This document shows positions 57,114-64,000 of a DNA stretch of 64,000 nucleotides, one piece after another (the stretch's first letter is position 1; each line of letters begins with the position of its first letter). Location of the stretch: positions 39,661-103,660 of the forward strand of contig DALTWK010000003.1 of NCBI GenBank assembly GCA_029987115.1. The letters run 5' to 3'. The notes under the pieces are model-generated. The model was not told where the DNA came from, ran no database searches, and saw only the letters and a list, made by a program, of their open reading frames with translations. The stretch is from Methanocorpusculum sp. (GTDB lineage Archaea > Halobacteriota > Methanomicrobia > Methanomicrobiales > Methanocorpusculaceae). The translations under genes and the position numbers were made by a program.

Positions 57114-58538
57114 TTAGAAGAAGTCCAAGGTTGCCTGAGTTGCAACTGGTTTCTTTTCCACGGGTTCTTCTTTTTTTATCTCTTCAACTACCGGCGGCGG
57201 TGATACTTTCGGTGCTTCAGCAGTTTTTGGTGTTTCAGGAGTTTTCTTATCAAGTTCTTTTTTCTTCCGAGCTGCGGCCGCTTTCTTGACTTTAATCTCA
57301 CGTTCTTTTGCCGCTTTCATGACTGCTTTGAATGCTGCAGTTGCGCGCTCTTTGTCGTGGATAAGAACTGTCAATTGATCGGCATCGAGGGAATGACGTT
57401 CACAGAATTCTTCTGGATTTGCATCGGCGACATAGCCCAGTAAATCAAGATATTCAGCCTGAACCTGTGCATTGGGAATCTGTAATCCTTCAGATAAGGC
57501 GGTTGAAAGACTTCTCCTCACGGTTTTCTGTTTTTTAGCAGTAGCCATGCGTTTCCAGCGTTCGGGTGGCATAACCCGCGGACGATATGAGGTTTGTTCT
57601 CCTTCTGATGCAACACCAATGGTCATCAGTGCTGTTGCATATCGCCAAAGTGTGTAGTACTGGCGAATCATTGTACGTCCCAGATAGATGTCTGCTTTTG
57701 CGACACGCTTGTATGCGCGGATGCGACGATCGGATTGGGGAATTTGGGAGATTGCCTCTTCAATCCACTGGATTACATAGTCGGGTTTTTCTTCGCATTC
57801 GCGTGATAGTTTTTGGAGTTTATTGTCGGGAATGCCTGCTGCTACTCCTGATACTAAATCAAAGATTGTCGCGCGTTCGTCTTTCTGGGCAGTGTGAATA
57901 TCGTTTTCCGTTATCTCCTTATTTCCTGCACCTGCTCCGAACAACATGTTGACAGCAGAACGCAAGTCTCCTTTTGCACTTTCTGCGATTGTCAGAATCG
58001 CATCATCGGAACAGGAAATATGTTCATGGATGCAAATCTCTTTCAGGCGTTTTCCCAGTGTTGACGTGCTGATTGCTCGAAATTGTACTGTGTCTGTTAG
58101 ACGCCGTATCGAGTCGGAGACGCCATACGCGTCATTTGCAATCAGGAGAATCGGTTGTTTTGCTGACTTTAGGAGATCTGCGATAGCTCGCGCTCCCCCT
58201 CTGTCTGCATTTCCTTCCAGGTTGTCAGCTTCGTCTATGACGACGAGTTTTCGTGCCGAACCAAAAAGACTGGCTGTGGTTGCAGAATTTCCGGCTATTC
58301 GCTCAATGATTGCTTTTGTTCGCGCATCTGATGCATTCAGTTCCAGAACTTCCCAGTTCATATCGAGTGCAAGAGCGAGCGCTGCCGAGGTTTTTCCTAT
58401 TCCGGGTTTTCCCGTCAGTAAAAGTGGTGCCGAATCAGTTGTCCAATTCTCAGCCCAAGTTACCATCTGCCGTACTGCAGCGGTATTGCCAAGAATATCA
58501 GTCATGTGTTTTGGCCGATATTTTTCTGCCCAGTCCAT
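57114..58538 (-). CDS. rfcL: Replication factor C large subunit
   Basis: WAEKYRP, GKPGIGKT, ELNASD, IDEAD, GDLRSA.N, C-terminal PIP box QATLDFF. Confidence 0.96.
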   Translation of the reverse strand: MDWAEKYRPKHMTDILGNTAAVRQMVTWAENWTTDSAPLLLTGKPGIGKTSAALALALDMNWEVLELNASDARTKAIIERIAGNSATTASLFGSARKLVVIDEADNLEGNADRGGARAIADLLKSAKQPILLIANDAYGVSDSIRRLTDTVQFRAISTSTLGKRLKEICIHEHISCSDDAILTIAESAKGDLRSAVNMLFGAGAGNKEITENDIHTAQKDERATIFDLVSGVAAGIPDNKLQKLSRECEEKPDYVIQWIEEAISQIPQSDRRIRAYKRVAKADIYLGRTMIRQYYTLWRYATALMTIGVASEGEQTSYRPRVMPPERWKRMATAKKQKTVRRSLSTALSEGLQIPNAQVQAEYLDLLGYVADANPEEFCERHSLDADQLTVLIHDKERATAAFKAVMKAAKEREIKVKKAAAARKKKELDKKTPETPKTAEAPKVSPPPVVEEIKKEEPVEKKPVATQATLDFF

Positions 58539-58662
58539 TTCTTATATCCTATTGGTTTTCCGACCTATTAAAACACAGGAAACGACGCATTATCCCGACA
58601 ATGTTATCTTGCATGAAGGGCAACGAATAATATCAATTACAGTGAGAGGATACTTCCTCTAC

Positions 58663-59661
58663 ATGGGTCAGAAAAATATGCCGACAAACTATACTCCGGC
58701 TTCTGTTGCAGAAGCTGTTAAACAATATGCAGGGGTCCGCAGAAAAGAGGCTATCGGAAACCTTGTTAATTCTCTCCATATTGACTGTGATGATGTTATT
58801 GCAGACTATGGAGAGGATGCTGCAGTAATCCGTCAGGGAGACACTGCTCTTCTCCTTGCCGCAGACGGTATATGGAGTCAACTTATGGATGTTGATCCGT
58901 ACTGGGCAGGATACTGTGCGATTCTGGTGAACGTTCATGATATCGTTGCGATGGGTGGAAAACCTCTTGCAATGGTTGATGTTCTCTCCGCTTCCGATGA
59001 TGGACTTATGGCCCGGGTCTCTCAAGGGATGCATGTAGCCGCTTCCGTTTTCGAGGTGCCGATTGTCGGCGGTCACCTTCATCCGGATGCACCCTATAAT
59101 GTAATTGACGTTTCTATTCTTGGTACAACAAAACTCACGGATGTCATTTACAGTAGCAAGGCAAAGAAAGGGGATGCAGTGTTAATGGCAATTGATTTGC
59201 AAGGTCATGTTCACCCGCATGTTAATATGAACTGGGATTCTGTTACCGGCAGAGACTCAAGTATCCTCCGGAAACAGATTCAGGTTATGCAGGATTTGGG
59301 AAAAGAGCATCTTCTGACCGCAGGAAAAGATATTTCCAATCCAGGAGTTATCGGAACCCTTGGCATGCTTCTCGAAGCATCTGGTGTTGGAGCGGTTGTT
59401 GATCTTGAATCAATTCCACGTCCCGATTTGGATATCGTAGGAATTCCTTTTGAACAATGGGTCCGCATGTATCCGGGAATGGGATTCATCATGACAGCAA
59501 ATCAGGAAAATGTCGATTCGGTATCTCGCAAATTCCGTGATGCTGGTATGGCGTGCCAGATTATTGGCACGGTAGTAGAAGAGCAGAGTCTTGTTCTGAC
59601 GAAAGGTCCTGAGAGAGAAACAGTTTTTAACTTCTCCTCCAAAGGCATTACCAATATATGA
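58663..59661 (+). CDS. Methanogenesis marker protein 2 (AIR synthase-related)
   Basis: Y.GVRRK, GEDAAVI, LAADGIW, LVNV.D..AMGG, GGHLHPD, KDISNPG; start 58663 or 58678. Confidence 0.92.
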   Translation: MGQKNMPTNYTPASVAEAVKQYAGVRRKEAIGNLVNSLHIDCDDVIADYGEDAAVIRQGDTALLLAADGIWSQLMDVDPYWAGYCAILVNVHDIVAMGGKPLAMVDVLSASDDGLMARVSQGMHVAASVFEVPIVGGHLHPDAPYNVIDVSILGTTKLTDVIYSSKAKKGDAVLMAIDLQGHVHPHVNMNWDSVTGRDSSILRKQIQVMQDLGKEHLLTAGKDISNPGVIGTLGMLLEASGVGAVVDLESIPRPDLDIVGIPFEQWVRMYPGMGFIMTANQENVDSVSRKFRDAGMACQIIGTVVEEQSLVLTKGPERETVFNFSSKGITNI

Positions 59662-60407
59662 AAATAGGAATAGGATGCGGAGTAGATGCTACGAAAGTTG
59701 TAGCTAGTGCCGAGCGTGTTGCAAAAAGCGGAATTGAAATAATCTGTTATTCTCATGATGACATAAAGTCAGACAGAGTTTCTCTGTCCGTATCCGAATT
59801 CCCGGAAAAGATGCTGGTTGATGATTTGTATTCCGGAAAGATAGATGCCGCTATCCGTGGTTCGCTTCCTGCAAATGATACCCTGAAGTATCTGAAATCA
59901 GTATTTCAAGTAAATCACCTTGAACGAATTGCCCTGTTGGAAACGGTAGACGGAAAGCAATTTTTCTTTGCACCGGTTGGTGTTGATGAGGGGTGGACTG
60001 TCGCGGAGAAAGTGGAATTTGTTACAAAAGCGCAGCGTCTTGCGGTATCATTTGGTCTCTCCCCAAAAACAGCAATTCTTTCTGGAGGAAGAATGGGTGA
60101 TATTGGCCGTCATGAGAAAGTTGATCAGAGTATCCGTGATGCGGAGGAAGTTGCACACCTAACCGGTGCTGAACATCGAGAAATCCTCATAGAAGATGCT
60201 GTTAAAGACTGTGGAGTAATCATTGCTCCGGATGGCATTTCCGGCAATCTGATCTTCCGGACACTTGTATTCCTTGGAGGGGGACGTGGTCTTGGCGCTC
60301 CAGTTGTGAACATTCCTGCCCTTTTTGTTGACAGTTCGCGCGCATCATTCGGATATGATGAAATTCTAAAAATTACTGCATCAGTGGCAACACGAAAAAA
60401 TAGATAA
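59658..60407 (+). CDS. mtxX: Methanogenesis marker protein 4 (MtxX)
   Basis: DAAIRG.L, APVGVDEG, SGGR..D.GR, ILIEDA, PDGISGNLIFR, VDSSR. Confidence 0.92.
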   Translation: MKIGIGCGVDATKVVASAERVAKSGIEIICYSHDDIKSDRVSLSVSEFPEKMLVDDLYSGKIDAAIRGSLPANDTLKYLKSVFQVNHLERIALLETVDGKQFFFAPVGVDEGWTVAEKVEFVTKAQRLAVSFGLSPKTAILSGGRMGDIGRHEKVDQSIRDAEEVAHLTGAEHREILIEDAVKDCGVIIAPDGISGNLIFRTLVFLGGGRGLGAPVVNIPALFVDSSRASFGYDEILKITASVATRKNR

Positions 60408-60571
60408 TATCTCCCTCTCTCAGGGAATGGGCATTTTTTATTTAAATCTAAATCTGTGTTATTTTGGCTATTTTTACGATTCAGTTGAAATCGTGCGTCG
60501 ATATCAGAAATAGTCGATTTTCAGCATAGTATTAAATATCTTACAGTTCAATTTCTCTGTCGGTAATAACT

Positions 60572-60772
60572 ATGGCAGACTTACCGAAAGCAGCAGTCGT
60601 CAGACTTGCGAAGAAAGCCGGTGCAGAACGTGTCGGTGACGATGCAGCTGATGCCCTTGTTCGCAAGGCTGAGGTTTACATCAACCAGATTGCCAAAGAA
60701 GCATTCGAGCTTGCCAAGCACGCCGGCCGTAAGACCATTAAGGCCGAAGACGTCGAGCTTGCAACAAAATAA
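60572..60772 (+). CDS. Archaeal histone (HMf-like)
   Basis: LP.A...R..K.AGAERV, A.HAGRKTIKAEDVELA. Confidence 0.96.
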   Translation: MADLPKAAVVRLAKKAGAERVGDDAADALVRKAEVYINQIAKEAFELAKHAGRKTIKAEDVELATK

Positions 60773-60801
60773 CTCTCCATTCTTGTTCCAGGATTAATGA
60801 C

Positions 60802-60840
60802 GAAGACTACGCCGCAGAATGCGGCGTCGTAGTCTTCTTT
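60802..60840 (+). terminator. Strong stem-loop downstream of the histone gene
   Basis: GAAGACT-ACGCCGCA-gaa-TGCGGCGT-cgt-AGTCTTC then TTT; lies between convergent genes. Confidence 0.6.
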
Positions 60841-60915
60841 GAAAATAACTGTTTTGAAATATTCGATGCTGATAGTATTCCCAAATCGGGATGGGGATTT
60901 GGATAATAAAAAAAA

Positions 60916-61590
60916 TTATTTGAAATAGACTCCGACGTCTTTCATGCCGTTTCTCATGGCAAGAGTAATGACAAGTGGAGTGATTCCTTCGATTACTTTT
61001 GACATAGCAAGCGGTCCGGCATCGAGTGGTTTCAAGTGGGATACGCTAGAAACAAGATCCATTACTGCTTTCTTTGCCTCTTCGTCGTCACCGCATACTG
61101 CAACAGTATAGTCGAGTTCTTCTTCCAAGAGCATCCACTTTCCTGCCGCAACATTGTTGAATGCGCATACAAGTTTTGCAGATTCCGGAAGCATCTTCTT
61201 GATGGCAAGTGCAGCAGATCCTTCTGCCGGTGCGTCCGGGAGGAAATATTTCTCGGCCGGGTTTCTAATCATCGGATTAATGAGGGAAATGATTACCTTG
61301 TTTTCAAATGCTGATTTTCCGATTGTTTCGATGGTGGATTCAATCCGTTCGAACGGGAGGGAAAGAATTAGAATGTCAGCGTCACAGACGGCTGCATTGG
61401 TATTTCCGGTGCAGGTTGTTGCAGTACAGTTGTGTTCTGCAAGGCATGCGCGTACTCCTTCTGCCGCTACTCCAGCTTTATCAGCACCGCGGGAACCAAT
61501 TTCAACATCATATTTACCGCCAAGACAGATGCGGCGTGCGAGACCTTCTCCGATATTTCCGGTCCCTCCGAGAATGGCTACTTTCGTCAT
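60916..61590 (-). CDS. npdG: F420H2:NADP+ oxidoreductase
   Basis: KVAILGGTG..GEGLA.R, IGSR, GSAA, AFNNV.A, DAGPL, E.ITP. Confidence 0.93.
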   Translation of the reverse strand: MTKVAILGGTGNIGEGLARRICLGGKYDVEIGSRGADKAGVAAEGVRACLAEHNCTATTCTGNTNAAVCDADILILSLPFERIESTIETIGKSAFENKVIISLINPMIRNPAEKYFLPDAPAEGSAALAIKKMLPESAKLVCAFNNVAAGKWMLLEEELDYTVAVCGDDEEAKKAVMDLVSSVSHLKPLDAGPLAMSKVIEGITPLVITLAMRNGMKDVGVYFK

Positions 61591-61700
61591 TACTTTTTTA
61601 TTAGCGTTCACGGTATATGCGTTTTACCACCGTTTCCTCCCGACACGTTATTTTGCACAATAAACTTATCCTTTTGAATCAAATAGAGTAGTATCGAACT

Positions 61701-62009
61701 ATGATGGAATACTGTAGCATTAAGGAGGAGGTTATACAGAAACTCTCAGCATCTCTTCCCGAAATCCGAGATAGATTTGCAGTTAAATCCTTGTGTATTT
61801 TCGGTTCGGTATCCAGGGGTGAAGACACACCTGAATCAGATATTGATATTCTTTATACATTCTTCCCAGGAGGAGCAACAATGCGAAATCTTGAAGGATT
61901 GCAGACGTATCTGGAGCAGCTCCTTGGACGAGATATTGATTTGATTGCGGAGAAATGGTTGAATCCGGCAATCAGACCGATTGTATTTGCAGAGGCCATT
62001 ATTTTATGA
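61701..62009 (+). CDS. mntA: Minimal nucleotidyltransferase (MNT) antitoxin
   Basis: IFGSVSRGEDTPESDID (GSx10DxD). Confidence 0.9.
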   Translation: MMEYCSIKEEVIQKLSASLPEIRDRFAVKSLCIFGSVSRGEDTPESDIDILYTFFPGGATMRNLEGLQTYLEQLLGRDIDLIAEKWLNPAIRPIVFAEAIIL

Positions 62010-62341
62010 GAAAAGATGACCGCGTTTTTCTGGGTCATATCCAGAGGGAAATCACTCTTCTCAATCGTTACTCATCCGAAATTACCTTTGACAATCTTAT
62101 TGAAAACCCTCTGATTCAGCATTTTGTTCAGAAAGCAATGGAAAATATTGGAGAGGCAATAAAACAGATTTCTGACGGGACGAAATCCCGTTGTCCTTCA
62201 ATAGAATGGGAGGATTTACGCAAAATGCGAAATAGACTGACTCATGAGTATTTCAGTATCGACTGGGATTATGTGTGGGATGTCCTGACGACAGTTATTC
62301 CGCGTTTGAATAAATGTGTTGGGAAATTGCTGGAAGAGTAA
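62006..62341 (+). CDS. hepT: HEPN (DUF86) ribonuclease toxin
   Basis: ENIGEA, W...RKMRNRLTHEYF (Rx4HxY); ATGA overlap with the MNT gene. Confidence 0.9.
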   Translation: MRKDDRVFLGHIQREITLLNRYSSEITFDNLIENPLIQHFVQKAMENIGEAIKQISDGTKSRCPSIEWEDLRKMRNRLTHEYFSIDWDYVWDVLTTVIPRLNKCVGKLLEE

Positions 62342-62349
62342 CCTCTCTA

Positions 62350-63384
62350 TTATTTTTCTCTGGAGATTCGTTTAACAACTGCCTGACGGTCCAGGCGGTT
62401 TGCGTGAATAAAGACTGCCAGTTCTTGTGAATGCGTGAAATCGACTACTAGTGCGTTATACTGGTGAATCGTTCGCTGAAGGATAGCGAGCTTTTTATTG
62501 GCAATCTCTGCAAGTTCCCTCGCTCTTTCCAGATTTTTCTCTTCCGCCAGTTCTGTTTTGATTTCTCGCAGTTTTTCTGTTTGAGATGCTACACTTTTTT
62601 GCAGGCGAAGAAGTTCTGAAGATAGTGTCCCGTCGGGTTTCAGTTTTTCCTCGAGTTCCTTGATAAGTGCGTGAATACGTGCGGTGTCTCGTATGGAACT
62701 ATAGATTTTCGTTCCATTGCCGATTTTTATGATTTTTGGCCGTGAGACTATTTTCGATTCGGTACAAGGGTCTCCTCCTATATAGGAAATCATCGTGGTC
62801 TCAACGACAGCATAGCCGGTATTTAGATAATCAAATCCTTTGGGTGCGGGAATGCCTACTGCGAGATGATTTTCTTTTGAAAAATGGAGAAGTGCCGCAG
62901 CATATCCTTCGATTGCCAGCATTCCTGCAAGAAGGATACTCTTGTCACTGCATATACCGGTTCCGTCGACTACGGTCTCCACCGGAAAACGTGGTGCAAT
63001 AGTGATTGATGCGAGTTTCTCTGTGTCATAGGGAAGCGACTGGACATAGGCGGTCATCAGTTCAAGATAACGGTCTGAATCAAGATCAAGATCTTTTCTA
63101 ATCTTGCGGAATGGCGTGAGAAGTGTAGTGTAAAAATGTGTGAGGGAAGGGTCGAAGACAAATGCATTATAGTATCCCTCAATCCACGCATCTCCAATCC
63201 CCGCGGGAACACGGGAGGATTTGGAAGATGCCTTTGCCCCTTCATAAAGCGCCTTCTCAATCTGTATTTTATGCGGATAATTTAGATGAGCATAGGGTAT
63301 AGACAGCTGCACTTCAACAAATTCGTTGCCATCCTCCTTTTTTATGGATGGATTCACGATAAGATGCTTTGGTGGGCGTGTCAT
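62350..63384 (-). CDS. Transglutaminase-like cysteine protease domain plus C-terminal coiled coil
   Basis: VQSLPYD, RFPVET...G.GICSDKS.L, HLAVGI, VETT; heptad-rich C-terminus. Confidence 0.8.
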   Translation of the reverse strand: MTRPPKHLIVNPSIKKEDGNEFVEVQLSIPYAHLNYPHKIQIEKALYEGAKASSKSSRVPAGIGDAWIEGYYNAFVFDPSLTHFYTTLLTPFRKIRKDLDLDSDRYLELMTAYVQSLPYDTEKLASITIAPRFPVETVVDGTGICSDKSILLAGMLAIEGYAAALLHFSKENHLAVGIPAPKGFDYLNTGYAVVETTMISYIGGDPCTESKIVSRPKIIKIGNGTKIYSSIRDTARIHALIKELEEKLKPDGTLSSELLRLQKSVASQTEKLREIKTELAEEKNLERARELAEIANKKLAILQRTIHQYNALVVDFTHSQELAVFIHANRLDRQAVVKRISREK

Positions 63385-63489
63385 GCTGATAGTACTATTA
63401 GATTTTGGACTATGAAGATTCTTCTGCCGTTAAGAGAAAAGGTAAATGACAGAAAACGTCAATTAGTATGTAACGAAGAGAAGCGCATC

Positions 63490-64000
63490 ATGGTAAAAAT
63501 ACTTGCAATCAATGGAAGTCCTCGAAAAAATGGCAATACTGAAACAGTACTCGATGCTTTTCTGAAAGGAGCGGCGGATGCAGGGGCGGAAACGAAAAAG
63601 GTACGTCTTGCTGATGTCAATTTCAAATGCTGTAAGGGTTGCAATGCTTGTCATAAGAAAGGACTCTGCATTATCAAAGATGATTTATCTGCGTATTTTG
63701 ACGAAGTCCTGAAAGCCGATATCCTGGTTCTCGCCTCTCCAATTTATTCAATGACAGTAACTGCAGAAATGAAAGCATTCATTGACCGCGGTCAGTTTCT
63801 CTGGGCTCAAAAATTCATCACAAAGACACTGGTTTTCAATGAAGAACATCTGAAAAAACATATTGGTGTTTTCATGAGTACATCTGGGCAACCCGTTGAC
63901 GGAATTTTCAACGCAGCTTTCCCGGTTGTCCGCGCCTTCTTCAATGATGCCGGATTCACGTATTCTGAAAATGTTCTCTTCGCCGGTATGGATGCTCATG
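63490..64000 (+). CDS. Iron-sulfur flavoprotein / NADPH-dependent FMN reductase family (3' truncated by the window; not in ORF track)
   Basis: MVKILAINGSPRKNGNT, CKGCNACHKKGLCIIKDD, ASPIY, MKAFIDR. Confidence 0.9.
   Translation, partial: MVKILAINGSPRKNGNTETVLDAFLKGAADAGAETKKVRLADVNFKCCKGCNACHKKGLCIIKDDLSAYFDEVLKADILVLASPIYSMTVTAEMKAFIDRGQFLWAQKFITKTLVFNEEHLKKHIGVFMSTSGQPVDGIFNAAFPVVRAFFNDAGFTYSENVLFAGMDAH

Noticed and set aside
57946..58662. N-terminal 239 aa of the 571-aa ORF, suggesting a fusion to marker 2
   Set aside because: Mostly overlaps rfcL antisense; marker-2 similarity starts only at ~58663
1..64000. CRISPR arrays, rRNA, IS elements, integrases, tRNA introns
   Set aside because: None detected by eye; all six tRNAs are contiguous cloverleafs, and no transposase/integrase motifs or spaced direct repeats were seen

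Overview
Gene-dense, mostly housekeeping chromosomal segment of a hydrogenotrophic methanogenic archaeon. The evidence is mch, fae-hps, an hdrA-like gene, npdG, methanogenesis markers 2 and 4/mtxX, PolD large subunit, an archaeal histone and rpl30e-nusA. Gene content fits Methanomicrobiales, probably Methanocorpusculum-like (inference). It holds about 65 CDS and six intron-less tRNAs without encoded CCA: Asn-GTT, Arg-CCG, Leu-CAA, Arg-TCT, Gly-CCC and Val-TAC. I found no CRISPR array, rRNA, transposase or integrase. The best candidate for an undescribed system is a tightly coupled cassette at 17.4-22.0 kb: DJ-1/PfpI, a TPR protein with a C-terminal wHTH-like tail, a BrxD/DUF2791 ATPase and an OB-HD (YhaM-like) nuclease. 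It has no pglZ/pglX and no Lhr/BrxHI helicase, and it lies upstream of uvrB. Other notable items are an RNase HI-TrmO fusion, a WG-repeat-histidine phosphatase fusion, a DAACS symporter with a degenerate HATPase-like N-domain, a structured rpl30e leader, three small ORFs missing from the ORF track, tRNAs embedded in operons, and an MNT-HEPN toxin-antitoxin pair. All family calls come from motif recognition by eye; no searches were run.
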